Made by a program: the position numbers and the translations under genes
The notes under the pieces: generated by a model
What the model was told of the DNA's origin: nothing
What the model saw: the letters and a program-made list of their open reading frames with translations, nothing else
Database searches by the model: none
Source: a virus
Lineage: Duplodnaviria; Caudoviricetes
Strand: one strand, 5' to 3'
Length of the DNA stretch: 34,724 bases
Virus record (IMG/VR): IMGVR_UViG_3300020182_000100
Span: 1-34,724 of that record
Part shown: positions 24,372 through 33,775 of the stretch, piece by piece
Layout of the letters: each line of letters opens with the position of its first letter
Numbering within the stretch: the stretch's first letter is position 1

Positions 24372-27153
24372 CCTCGTCGAGCCCCTCTAGTTTTACTGCG
24401 ATAGTCCACGCGGACGGTAGGTTGAAGTTAGTACCCTTGCAGAGCCGCTTCTTGACTTTCTTGGCCCCCATCTGCTGCGTCAACCCATCCACTGTGCTGA
24501 TGAAGTCGATGTGCTGCTCACCAAGCCATTGCTTAAAGGGCTTCTGCACAATGTAGAGCATGGATGTATCGGGTTCGTACCTAGCTATGATTGCGTTGCG
24601 GGGTGACTGTTCTGGAATAACAATCGGCGCGACCCCGTCGGCCCCCGCTGCGGTAGCCGTGCTCTTAATCTTCAGCACGTTACTCCAGTTTTCTGACATG
24701 TAATCTGTGATGAGCGTCTGCACGGTTGCTGTACTGTCATCCACAAAAGACTTCACACGGATGAGTGTGGCGACGACCCAGTCAAACAACTTCTTCAGGT
24801 CGTAGTTGATGAGGCCCATGTGCTTGGCCACGTATGCACCAGTAAGAATAGCAGCGCAGCCCCCTGCCCAGAAGCGGTTGACACTGGTAAGCCCTGCGCG
24901 TTTCTCGAGGTTCTCTTTGATCTTCGCAAACTTCTGATAGATGCTCGCGCGGTTGTTGATGACGTACTGCACGTACTCTTCGGCGAAATGTCCGTAGTTT
25001 AGCTGGACGTCTTTGAACTGCGCTGCCCCTATGGTAGGGTCCACGTGAACCCGTGGCATGTCATCCACCCGTAACTCGAGCAGTCGCTGCATCTCGGCTT
25101 TGACGTCACCCTTGGCCATAGCCATTTGCGCATACAGACTTACGTTACCCGTAGAGAACGCCAGTAGACGCCAAGGCTTACCACGGACACGTTCTAGGTT
25201 GCCCCCGCCAGTCATACGGTTCTTCTGCTTGCCTTCAGATAGCTGGTAGGCGTAGTCGGACGCCACAGCGCCACGCATGTTTGTCATCTCGTCTGTGTTC
25301 AGTAGCAGGTTGTGCATGAGTTCTGCGCGGTTCCAACGAGCGTTCTCGGTGTCTTTCTTCATGCTGGTCGTACCTGCGGGATCACCCCAGATAGAGGACG
25401 CTGCGAACATGGCGGTTGTCTTACCACCCCCTGTGTGCCCAAACAGGTGCACACCTAGACTATACAAACCTGTGAATGGCATGAGGATTGTGCCGAACCC
25501 GCCACATACAACGAACTGGTGCATCTCCATACCTTCTTGGTCGTAGAAGTCGAGTATCTCTTGGCTACGCTCACGCGTCCCCTTAATAACAAACGCCTTG
25601 GATGACTGTATCGTCTTACCCGATGGGGGGTTGTACTCCACACCTGTAGCCGTAATCAGTCGGTCACCCAGCACGAACTCCTGCATCTCGGTGTCGTCGG
25701 TCCACCCGAACTGCTGGTGCGCGGTGCTCGCGGTTACAGTCTGTTGTAGTTCATTGATCCATGCTGTTGTGTATCTCATTAGTCTATCCAAGTCTGCGCC
25801 AAGCGCGGTTATACCCTGTGCGGCCATGTGCTTGCGGAACTCTTCTTTCGAAGTGATCGAGGTCAAAGGTACGGTGAACTCACGTACCCCGTCTCTTGGC
25901 AAGTGAAGGGCAAAGGCCACCACCTCACCCAATTCCGCATCGTGGAGTCTGCGTGTAACGTAGAAGTCGTAGTGATATATGCACTGCTCGTCAGGGTTAC
26001 CGTCTTCGTCCTTGATGCGTATATACACCCCACCGTTCTGTCCGCGGAAATACGGGTTGGGGAATTTAGGTATCTCGTATGTCTTCACACCAGACGCTGC
26101 AGGTGCTTCAACGACATTGTCCTCGGGTGCGGCCTCGGCGACTTCCTTGGTCAACATCGCAGGTGTTGATATTTTGCCCTTGTTCGGACAGTCGGCACAC
26201 CCTGCAGGGTTATGTCCCTCAAACGTATTGCAGAAGTGCGGCCCACCAGTGTCGTGCATCTTGCGTATGGTGGCCTCAACATTATAGTCCCCGTGCTTGT
26301 GGGACATCAGATGCGCAGCCTTCTCCCCATCTTCACACACGTTGGCAATAGATAGACCAGACCGCCACAGGTCATGTGACACTGTCTCTTGGTTCTCGAT
26401 GATGTGTTTTATCTGGTTGCAACCCGTACCGTTGCGCGTACGCATCAGTAGTCGCTTGAAGCTACCACGTTGGTTCTGCTGCATGGCATCACGGAACGCA
26501 CTGACTGCCCCTGCGGGTTTGTATTTGTGTGGAACTGGTATCGGGTCGTTCCCGATAAGTTCAGAGAACTCGTCGAAGTCCACCACCTGTGGGGCTTCCA
26601 GACCAAAGAAGGTTACGGGTGCAGGTGGGTCGCTCTTGTGGTTGTGCGTGTTAGGCACACGTAGGATACGAGACACGTCAGATGTGACAGATGGATCGGC
26701 CTTGAAGCCATCAGCAGCACATAAGTTCTTTAGGCGTTCGGCGACAGGCCACCAGTCATCGCGGCATACAGCCTGAGATAAAATCCAGTATACGTGTACA
26801 CCACGTCCTGAGTTCACCAGTGTAGGTTTGGGTAGGTTATGACGTTTACAGAACGTACGCAGTGCGGATATAGCGGCTTTCTGGTGCGGAAACTCTTTGC
26901 TAGGTCCGCAGTCCAAATCCAGAAAGAAAGACTTGAGGTGGGTTACATCGTCAGCCTTGCGGGAGCCTGCATCCTCGAACACACCCAGTGCGAAGTAAGC
27001 ATCGTACCCGTCGGCATTAAAGTCATTTGCTGCGTCTATTACCTCGTTAACAGAGGTGTAAAACTCCTGCCTGCGGTTACCAGCCTTTGCGGCAAACACA
27101 CAGTAATAACCTTCATGTCCTAGTATAAGGTCTAAAAATCTTTTCGTTTCCAT
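24346..27153 (-). CDS. DNA primase-helicase (AEP primase, PriCT-like region, DUF927/SF3-type ATPase)
   Basis: AEP motifs FFLDLDCG, VNSGRGVHVYW and RILRVP; Cys cluster C..F...NPAGCADC; Walker A GHTGGGKTT; LNTDE Walker B. Start at ATG 27153 (the ORF track opens at GTG 27162). Confidence 0.85.
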   Translation of the reverse strand: METKRFLDLILGHEGYYCVFAAKAGNRRQEFYTSVNEVIDAANDFNADGYDAYFALGVFEDAGSRKADDVTHLKSFFLDLDCGPSKEFPHQKAAISALRTFCKRHNLPKPTLVNSGRGVHVYWILSQAVCRDDWWPVAERLKNLCAADGFKADPSVTSDVSRILRVPNTHNHKSDPPAPVTFFGLEAPQVVDFDEFSELIGNDPIPVPHKYKPAGAVSAFRDAMQQNQRGSFKRLLMRTRNGTGCNQIKHIIENQETVSHDLWRSGLSIANVCEDGEKAAHLMSHKHGDYNVEATIRKMHDTGGPHFCNTFEGHNPAGCADCPNKGKISTPAMLTKEVAEAAPEDNVVEAPAASGVKTYEIPKFPNPYFRGQNGGVYIRIKDEDGNPDEQCIYHYDFYVTRRLHDAELGEVVAFALHLPRDGVREFTVPLTSITSKEEFRKHMAAQGITALGADLDRLMRYTTAWINELQQTVTASTAHQQFGWTDDTEMQEFVLGDRLITATGVEYNPPSGKTIQSSKAFVIKGTRERSQEILDFYDQEGMEMHQFVVCGGFGTILMPFTGLYSLGVHLFGHTGGGKTTAMFAASSIWGDPAGTTSMKKDTENARWNRAELMHNLLLNTDEMTNMRGAVASDYAYQLSEGKQKNRMTGGGNLERVRGKPWRLLAFSTGNVSLYAQMAMAKGDVKAEMQRLLELRVDDMPRVHVDPTIGAAQFKDVQLNYGHFAEEYVQYVINNRASIYQKFAKIKENLEKRAGLTSVNRFWAGGCAAILTGAYVAKHMGLINYDLKKLFDWVVATLIRVKSFVDDSTATVQTLITDYMSENWSNVLKIKSTATAAGADGVAPIVIPEQSPRNAIIARYEPDTSMLYIVQKPFKQWLGEQHIDFISTVDGLTQQMGAKKVKKRLCKGTNFNLPSAWTIAVKLEGLDEDVSETDED

Positions 27154-27179
27154 ATGCACCACTCGCTCTAGTCAGGTTA

Positions 27180-27205
27180 ACCACGGCCACCGTAGCAGCC
27201 GTGGT
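27180..27205 (-). terminator. Stable hairpin with a cUACGg tetraloop between ssb and primase
   Basis: - strand ACCACGGCUGC-UACG-GUGGCCGUGGU, an 11-bp stem with 2 GU pairs. No U-tract on -; a T-rich tract follows on +. Confidence 0.55.
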
Positions 27206-27215
27206 ATTTTATTGT

Positions 27216-27932
27216 TTAGTCGTCCCAAGCATCGAGGACGGAGTCTAGGTCAGTATTAGACGAAGGTGCCGGCGCTGCTTTAGTGGCAGTTCTTTTTACC
27301 GGTGCTACTTCTTCTTCGAACCCGTCGTCCTCAGACACATCCGCTAGTACGTTGTTGCTTTTCGCTGGTGTGGAACTCGACCCTGCGAACGGGTTGGCAT
27401 CACCCCCCGCAACAAATCCACCCTCGACAGCCCCAAACGGGTTACGAGCTTCCATCGGAACGTACTTGATAACTTGCACAGCTTTCAAGCGTAACGACAC
27501 GCTCTGCTTCCCGCCGAAGTCGTACGGGATCATCTGCACGGCTACGTTAACTGTACTACCTGTAGTCAACTGGAAGTCATCCGGGAGTGGCGTACCCTGC
27601 GAATCCACCTGCAATGGTTTAGTTGTGACCTCGCCTTTGTAGGCACCCTTCAAGTTAGCCTTGTGGGTGTACGTACCGTTGTCATCTTTCACGAACGGGT
27701 TGACCAACTTATCTACCCACTTGGGTTCTTTGTTGGCATCGTACGCAGTCTTCATCTGCATTAACAAAGCCTTAGCGGTCTCGCTGTTCATGCGGAACTG
27801 GATAGAGAACTCAGCGTTCTGCTCCCGTGGGTCACACGGCATACTACGTTTCTTGTTCTGATCGAACGCATACGTACGGTCCAATTTGGGCCAGAGTGCT
27901 TCTACGTTCTCGATGATATATGTTTCAGCCAT
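27216..27932 (-). CDS. ssb: Single-stranded DNA-binding protein (T7 gp2.5-like)
   Basis: LTTGSTVNV and VSLRLKAVQVIK OB-fold motifs; acidic tail ending LDAWDD; strong RBS AGGAG. Confidence 0.8.
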   Translation of the reverse strand: MAETYIIENVEALWPKLDRTYAFDQNKKRSMPCDPREQNAEFSIQFRMNSETAKALLMQMKTAYDANKEPKWVDKLVNPFVKDDNGTYTHKANLKGAYKGEVTTKPLQVDSQGTPLPDDFQLTTGSTVNVAVQMIPYDFGGKQSVSLRLKAVQVIKYVPMEARNPFGAVEGGFVAGGDANPFAGSSSTPAKSNNVLADVSEDDGFEEEVAPVKRTATKAAPAPSSNTDLDSVLDAWDD

Positions 27933-27949
27933 ATTGTCGTTCTCCTATG

Positions 27950-28210
27950 TTATACGTCTTGGTCAGCGTCGAAGTTCATCTCGAGCTGGCGGTCGTCTTT
28001 TACCTCGTCTGCGGAGGCCTCATCCACATCCAGCATTGCCTTTGTCAAAGCATCTGAAACTGCGGTCTTGTTGAACCGGTAGGTGTTACCGATCTTGATG
28101 TACGTGGCCTTGGGGATATGCCCCTGCCGTACCCACGCACGTATGGTTGAGATAGACACAGCGAAGTGTTTCGCCAAATCCTCTATCTGCACAAATGGTT
28201 CTGTCATCAT
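27950..28210 (-). CDS. Excisionase-like HTH DNA-binding protein
   Basis: IEDLAKHFAVSISTIRAWVRQGHIP..IKIGNTYRF matches HTH_17/MerR-like. Start set at 28210 (ATGA overlap with the upstream stop). Confidence 0.8.
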   Translation of the reverse strand: MMTEPFVQIEDLAKHFAVSISTIRAWVRQGHIPKATYIKIGNTYRFNKTAVSDALTKAMLDVDEASADEVKDDRQLEMNFDADQDV

Positions 28211-28608
28211 TTCTTCCTCACAGAGATTACGTATTCGGTGTCGATGTTCAGACCCTTGGGCATCACATCGGGGTTCTCTTCCAAGAACTGTTTGACGTTG
28301 GTCTGGTTCAAACGACGGTCTAGGAACTCGGGCATGTCGTGCTCTTTGATGAACCCGTACATGGACTCCCAATCTCCAGTCCAGTATTTCGTTTTAGTAG
28401 ACCTGAAAAACAGACCCTCGGTGGTGCGGACGCTTTCGACATTGTGAGAGTCACAGTAGTCTAGTAGCGCACGTTTCAGGATTTCCTGTTGGCGTACCAA
28501 CTCTCCATCTTTCTCCTTGAAGTCCGCCGACAACGCTGCTCTTTCCGCCCTGATCTTGATGTAGGCTTTGGTCAGCTTGTCCGGCGAGACGTTGGATGTA
28601 TCATCCAT
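28207..28608 (-). CDS. Coiled-coil phage protein (Gam/Gp157-like, uncertain)
   Basis: 133 aa, N-terminal coiled coil, then SVRTTEG and MPKGLNI; RBS AAGGAG. Confidence 0.5.
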   Translation of the reverse strand: MDDTSNVSPDKLTKAYIKIRAERAALSADFKEKDGELVRQQEILKRALLDYCDSHNVESVRTTEGLFFRSTKTKYWTGDWESMYGFIKEHDMPEFLDRRLNQTNVKQFLEENPDVMPKGLNIDTEYVISVRKK

Positions 28609-28636
28609 TTCGCTCTCCTTAACTGGTTAGAATTAC

Positions 28637-28665
28637 ACTTTAGTAGTATCTGATGTGTTAGTCAA
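28637..28665 (-). promoter_or_regulatory. Sigma70-type promoter for the 133-aa/HTH/ssb/primase genes
   Basis: TTGACT (28665-28660), 17-nt spacer, TAAAGT (28642-28637). Confidence 0.6.
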
Positions 28666-30193
28666 GTAATTCTTTGTATAGGTCGATCATTTTTGTGTGG
28701 ACGTTGATTCTGTTATCTAACAGTGAGTAAATACGCTTCTCCGCAGGGGAACCTTGCAGCTGCACAACGGTACAGGGGTGCTTCTGACCTGACCGATGAA
28801 CACGGGCGTTTGCCTGTGCGTATGTTTCCAGAGACGGGGTCGGTCCCCACCACACTACCGTGTTGGCTGCTGTTAACGTGACACCATGTGCAGCGGACTG
28901 CGGTTGGATTACCAGCACCTTGGGGTCGTCTGCGGTTTGGAACCGTTTGAATATATCTGTGCGCTTGGCTACGGGCACGTCACCACGGATAACCTCAGCT
29001 GTCACCCCGTCCTTACGGAGTTTGTCCACCAGAATATCTATGGTGTGCTTGAACGGTACGAACACAAGAACCTTCTGGCTGCTCTCGTCGATGACTTCCT
29101 TCAGCACTTTGTAGCGGTGCTTGATGTCAAACTCGAGTGTGTCCCCATCATCTGTATACACAGCACCAGCAGATATTTGCAGTAGCTTGTTGATGATGAC
29201 CGCGGAGTTTACGGCAGACACTTCGTCTTCACCGATGGTCATCATGTGGTTCTTCTTCAGCTTGTCGTAGTATAGCTGCTGCTGGCGTGTCATCTCTACC
29301 TTACGTTTGACGTATGTCATGTCGGGCAGATCGAGACACTCTTCTTTGGTGAACCGTATGGCTGGCTGTAGTACCTTATACACAAGGTCAGACGCCTCGG
29401 GCTTAACTATCCACCTAAACTGTGTGACCTTGCGCATAACCATATCTCGGAACGAACCAAAGAACCGCGGTACTGAGTTAGGGTTGACCAACTTAGCTAA
29501 CCCATAGGCGTCGAGTGGTGACTGCGCAGCGGGAGTACCCGTCATCATCCACAACCACGTGTCGTCGTTCACCAACTTATTCATGGTCTTCCAACGCTTC
29601 GACTGCGCGTTCTTGTAGTGTGTGGCTTCATCCACGACGATTAGGTCGAACCCACCGTTCATGATCTCGTCGAACACGATCTCGATACCGTCGTAGTTGA
29701 TGATGGCAAAATCAGCGCCTTGGTCGATCAACTTTTTACGTTTCTTCGGCGTACCATGTATGATGTCCACACTACGGTGCGGCGCAAAGGTGAACAGGTC
29801 TTCACGCCATGCAGAGTCCATGATCGACAGGGGGCACACAACCAACACTCGGTTGATCTTGCCTTGTTTCATCAGGTAGTCCGCGGCCCAGATAGCGCTC
29901 GCTGTCTTGCCTGTGCCCTGCTCGTTAAAGCAGAAAGACTTTTGGTTCATGGTGAAGAACGAGGCTGTCTTCTTTTGGTGTGCGAATGGATCGTACTTAC
30001 CTGTCCAAGCGTACCTGTTTTGTATGGGTGAGGGTGCGTTTACATTGAGGCTACGTAGGCTATGAACCTCGTCGATACCCCAGTTGACCAGCACTTCGTT
30101 GTCGCGCACCACTTTGCTTTTCGGGATAACTTCAGTGATGCGTTTTGGGTTGCGTAGCTTCAGAAGCAACGCCTTACCATCGATGATCTTCAT
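28658..30193 (-). CDS. SNF2-family helicase
   Basis: NEQGTGKT, VVDEATH, MTGTP, HGVTLT and QANARVHRSGQ motifs. Confidence 0.92.
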   Translation of the reverse strand: MKIIDGKALLLKLRNPKRITEVIPKSKVVRDNEVLVNWGIDEVHSLRSLNVNAPSPIQNRYAWTGKYDPFAHQKKTASFFTMNQKSFCFNEQGTGKTASAIWAADYLMKQGKINRVLVVCPLSIMDSAWREDLFTFAPHRSVDIIHGTPKKRKKLIDQGADFAIINYDGIEIVFDEIMNGGFDLIVVDEATHYKNAQSKRWKTMNKLVNDDTWLWMMTGTPAAQSPLDAYGLAKLVNPNSVPRFFGSFRDMVMRKVTQFRWIVKPEASDLVYKVLQPAIRFTKEECLDLPDMTYVKRKVEMTRQQQLYYDKLKKNHMMTIGEDEVSAVNSAVIINKLLQISAGAVYTDDGDTLEFDIKHRYKVLKEVIDESSQKVLVFVPFKHTIDILVDKLRKDGVTAEVIRGDVPVAKRTDIFKRFQTADDPKVLVIQPQSAAHGVTLTAANTVVWWGPTPSLETYAQANARVHRSGQKHPCTVVQLQGSPAEKRIYSLLDNRINVHTKMIDLYKELLD

Positions 30194-30222
30194 GTCGTTC
30201 TCCTTTTAGGGTATCCCCTAAC

Positions 30223-30498
30223 TTATACTTTCTTCTTCTTCTTGTAGTTACGCGCTCGGTTCTTGCTCGAACTCTCTATCGTGTAACCATCTTTATTGCT
30301 GCCACCCTTGGACAGGGCTTTCTTGTGACTGACGTCTTTGCCTTCGCGTTTGTCAGCTTTACCATTGTTGTTCTTATCGGCACCGTTTTTATCCACGGCA
30401 CGGCGAGCACGTTGCCGCTCCATACGTGCCTCAAAGGTCTTACTACCAACAGGTTTGTTGACCTGCTTCTTGCGGTCTGCGGGGTTCTTATATGGCAT
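30223..30498 (-). CDS. Small basic HNH-like endonuclease
   Basis: GKDVSHKKALSKGGSN...NRARN. Start at 30498 (TGATG overlap with the nuclease stop). Confidence 0.65.
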   Translation of the reverse strand: MPYKNPADRKKQVNKPVGSKTFEARMERQRARRAVDKNGADKNNNGKADKREGKDVSHKKALSKGGSNKDGYTIESSSKNRARNYKKKKKV

Positions 30499-31169
30499 CA
30501 GTTGGCTCCGTTGTGTACACATTCGATGATTGGACAGTGTCGACGACATAACCCGTTAGGTTTAGCGTTCCACATATCCGTTTCCGCTGCGGTCTCCATC
30601 TGCTTGTACTTAGACAGCCACTTCTCCCACAACTTGGGTTTATCATACTCCGTATACGTGCCTTTCACCAAGTCGTTGCTAACAACAAACACCAGCCCTG
30701 CACGTATCGTCTTTACCTGTGGGTAGTGTTTGAACACGGACAACGCCATGAGTTCCAGCTGCCCCTTGTCTGCATACTTCGAGGACTTACCCGTCTTGTA
30801 GTCGATCACCCATGCAAGGTCACCGTCGAGGATGATGAGGTCAGCGATACCACGGAACCACACGTTGTCGTCGTAGAACCCACAGGGTTCGAGGTCTTCC
30901 GTGATACCCAGCTTGAGTTCGCACAGCTTGTCACCCTTCTTATTCTTGAGGACGTCGAGCATCTTTTGCGCAAAGGAGAATTTCCCGGGCAGCGGTACGT
31001 CCTTCCCTATAAAATCTTCTGCTGCGGTATGGAACGCCGTGCCGTACATCGTGGCCTCGGTCTCCTTGAAGGGAACCTCCTTGAGAATCTTATCGTGGTA
31101 GAACTGTTTGGGGCACTGCTCAAACGCTTTGATCTTGCTGTAAGACCATGGCCATACTTTCGTTGTCAT
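30498..31169 (-). CDS. PD-(D/E)XK nuclease (Cas4/RecB-like exonuclease)
   Basis: WSYS..FEQCP, GTAFH, RGIADL, IDYKTG and QL motifs; C-terminal CRRHCP..C gives four cysteines. Confidence 0.85.
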   Translation of the reverse strand: MTTKVWPWSYSKIKAFEQCPKQFYHDKILKEVPFKETEATMYGTAFHTAAEDFIGKDVPLPGKFSFAQKMLDVLKNKKGDKLCELKLGITEDLEPCGFYDDNVWFRGIADLIILDGDLAWVIDYKTGKSSKYADKGQLELMALSVFKHYPQVKTIRAGLVFVVSNDLVKGTYTEYDKPKLWEKWLSKYKQMETAAETDMWNAKPNGLCRRHCPIIECVHNGAN

Positions 31170-32995
31170 CCTGCATCTCCGTATGATTTGCCTGTGCCAC
31201 TCTCACAGGTGATTGGTAATCCCTCGGCCCAGTCGGGCGTCTGTCGCATACACCACTCCATGTATTCTTGTGCTTCATCCAACTCTTCGTCGGGCACACA
31301 GGTGATGATCGAGTCATGTACAGTTAGCACAGCTTTGTATCTCTTGGCAAGTAATATCATCTGATGCCCTATGATACAGCGCGCAATCGCTTGGCATACG
31401 TTCTCTACCACCTTCCCACCGTATATACGGTTCGGCCCCTTGCGGGTGCGGTAGGTGTACTCATAGCCATACTCTGACTTCTCACCAGCAAGCCCATGAT
31501 AGAACATGGGTAGGCCAGAGGGCAGGATGATGCAGTTGTTGGCTGCGTCTACTTGCAAGACACCTTCCCTACCAAACTGTATCGAGTCACCCCGTGCCAT
31601 GTATTGTATGGTGTTGTTCGCGGCTCTCCACAGCTGGCTGATTGCCCCGTTGGTGCTGCGGTAGATGTCGATGATCCGCCGCGCTTCTTCGAGTTCGATA
31701 TATACACCCATACCCTGTAGCTGGAGTTGGAACTTGGGTGCACCCATACCGTAACCTGCACCGAGGATTGTAGTCTTCCCCACGAACCGTTGGTCCTTGG
31801 TCACGTCGTCTACTGACACGTTATAGATACTAGACGCCATGTACTTATATACGTCCTCCCCATCGGTGAACTGTTGTGTCAGGTCGTTCTGCCCTGCAAG
31901 CCAAGCGAGCACCCGTGCCTCAATCTGTGAAGAGTCGCAGTCGATAAGCGAATGTCCCTCTGGTGCGATGATGCTGCTCTTTAGCTTCTTACCATTCGGT
32001 CCGCGGCTTGGCAGGTTCTGCAGGTTGATCTTGTCGTCTCCGCCCCACCTACCAGTGTGCGCTGCGTAATATCTTACAGGCACGGGTAGAAGCCCACGTT
32101 TAGATATGTCGATGAACCGCTGCGTCCGTGTTTCTTCGAGCGTAGATTTGGTACCGAGCCTTGCTGATACCAGTGCCTGAACCTGATCGTTCTCGTGGTC
32201 CAACAGCTGCTTAAACGCTTCATCGTTCTTGGCGAAGGCGAAAGTCTCCTTGCCCGTCGTAGGGCTAATCTTCATAGGCGGCTCGACCCCTAAATCTGTT
32301 AGTAGGTCAGCGAACTTGAGGTTGGACATGAGTTCTTTCTTGTCCGTGATACCCGCGTCACGCATCAACTGATCCTTACGCTCTTTGATGTCTTCGAGGT
32401 GAGACTCCAGCAGTCCTGTGTCTAGGTCCAGTGTGGGTTCCGTGTACATGCGCAGGGTCAGGTCGATCAATCGAAGTTCCTGTTTAGGGAACTCCTTTGC
32501 CATAAGAGAGAACAGCTTGTATGTGAGTTCCACATCGTTGATGCAGTAGTCCCCGTACTTTTCTAGCTCTCGTGTAGAGAAGTCTTCCCGTCGCTTTCCG
32601 AGTGCGTCGAGTACCTCGGTACCTTTAACGCCCACACCGTACCGCGTAGATAGTGCAGCGAGACTGCCGCCAGCTTCAGTCCCATGAAGGGCACGAGCAA
32701 TGCAAAGAGTATCGGCATACATCCGAGGACGAATACCCAGCCGCCAACTAAGAATGGCACCATCAAACATAGTGTTATGGCAGAGTAACATAGCGTCCTT
32801 CCAAGGGAACCCCTTGAGGTATTCTTTAATCTGGTCGTGTGTACCACTGGCCCACTCCGTCGGTTGGTTGTTAAGTTTGACACCCACACCTACCACCTCA
32901 AAACGAGGGTCACGGACGTAGGCTTCTGTTGTTATCTTGCGTAGGGAATAGTCCTTGTCGTAATACGTTTCGAAGTCGAGAGTTATCAGGTCCAT
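31166..32995 (-). CDS. polA: DNA polymerase family A with 3'-5' exonuclease
   Basis: Exonuclease motifs LDFETY, HNTMFD and YCINDV; polymerase motifs TGRW, NLQNLP, DSSQIEARV, RFVGKTTILGAGYG and VHDS. Confidence 0.95.
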   Translation of the reverse strand: MDLITLDFETYYDKDYSLRKITTEAYVRDPRFEVVGVGVKLNNQPTEWASGTHDQIKEYLKGFPWKDAMLLCHNTMFDGAILSWRLGIRPRMYADTLCIARALHGTEAGGSLAALSTRYGVGVKGTEVLDALGKRREDFSTRELEKYGDYCINDVELTYKLFSLMAKEFPKQELRLIDLTLRMYTEPTLDLDTGLLESHLEDIKERKDQLMRDAGITDKKELMSNLKFADLLTDLGVEPPMKISPTTGKETFAFAKNDEAFKQLLDHENDQVQALVSARLGTKSTLEETRTQRFIDISKRGLLPVPVRYYAAHTGRWGGDDKINLQNLPSRGPNGKKLKSSIIAPEGHSLIDCDSSQIEARVLAWLAGQNDLTQQFTDGEDVYKYMASSIYNVSVDDVTKDQRFVGKTTILGAGYGMGAPKFQLQLQGMGVYIELEEARRIIDIYRSTNGAISQLWRAANNTIQYMARGDSIQFGREGVLQVDAANNCIILPSGLPMFYHGLAGEKSEYGYEYTYRTRKGPNRIYGGKVVENVCQAIARCIIGHQMILLAKRYKAVLTVHDSIITCVPDEELDEAQEYMEWCMRQTPDWAEGLPITCESGTGKSYGDAG

Positions 32996-33372
32996 CGCAT
33001 CACCCCATGCTCCGCATCTATCTGGCGTATACGCTCGTCGCAGATGTGTTTGATCTTCTCGTAGTCGAGACGACGTTGGCCCGGCTTGTCACGCAACACA
33101 CGCTTGATGATGTCTGCGTCCCATGGGTTGAGGTCATACTCCAACCAGATGTCCCACGGCTGTATTGTGCGTTGAGCATAGTCGCTCTCACCTACGTTGT
33201 GGTCACGCACCGATACTTCTTCTCTCCAGTTGGGTGACGATATGCGATCCAAGTAGCCGATGGCCTCTTGTTCAGTTATGTCACAGTTTAGTGCGATGTC
33301 TTTGGCGGTGACAGTTCTTCGGTGTCGTAATATGTATTCCCATACGCGGGCATCAGTTTCGTATCCGTTCAT
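32986..33372 (-). CDS. HTH-like N-terminus fused to a DUF3310 (T7 gp1.7-like) domain
   Basis: VGESDY..IQPWD..NPWDADIIKRVLR..LDYEKIKH is DUF3310-like; N-terminal VTAKDIALNCDITEQEA. Start at 33372 with AAGGA RBS. Confidence 0.65.
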   Translation of the reverse strand: MNGYETDARVWEYILRHRRTVTAKDIALNCDITEQEAIGYLDRISSPNWREEVSVRDHNVGESDYAQRTIQPWDIWLEYDLNPWDADIIKRVLRDKPGQRRLDYEKIKHICDERIRQIDAEHGVMRWT

Positions 33373-33385
33373 ACCGTGTATCCTT

Positions 33386-33775
33386 TCAGTCTGTCTGCGT
33401 CTCTTCGTAAAAAGCATCAAGCAACGCTGAGAGAGCTAACTCGCACACGTTCACGTTAGACATTGCTGATTGAGCTATGATCCAGTTACGAAACTGCGGA
33501 TTGGCTTCTGCTGTATGCAACATGGCCATTGGCATACTCCCGTAGTTGATGCCTCGGTAGGGCGCTCGACGCGGGGCGGGGTTTCTTTGGTTTATTAAAC
33601 CTAAATCCCGGGCCTTGTGTATAACACGACTCACCTGCGAAGTGCTTATGCCTAGCTTCTCGCCGATCTGTGTCAGCGTGAGCCGCTCGTCACCGCTCAG
33701 ATAGTACAGTGGTTCTATCTCAGCCCATCGCTCTTCGAATGTTTTCTTCATGGTGTCAATATTTTTTGTAAGCAT
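33386..33775 (-). CDS. HTH DNA-binding protein (sigma70 region 4-like)
   Basis: LTLTQIGEKLGISTSQVSRVIHKARDLG. Confidence 0.7.
   Translation of the reverse strand: MLTKNIDTMKKTFEERWAEIEPLYYLSGDERLTLTQIGEKLGISTSQVSRVIHKARDLGLINQRNPAPRRAPYRGINYGSMPMAMLHTAEANPQFRNWIIAQSAMSNVNVCELALSALLDAFYEETQTD

Noticed and set aside
23997-24404. 135-aa + strand ORF across the convergence point
   Set aside because: It crosses the terminator and overlaps genes on both sides. The AGGAG sequences at 24099-24121 are better explained as the complement of the CU-rich RNA.
30223-30498. HNH gene as a homing endonuclease of an intron or mobile element
   Set aside because: The flanking genes are intact, the ORF is coupled to the upstream nuclease, and no intron-like interruption is visible.
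30498-31169. Cas4-like nuclease as evidence of a CRISPR-Cas system
   Set aside because: No cas1/cas2 or array. Solo Cas4/RecB-like nucleases are normal in phage replication modules.
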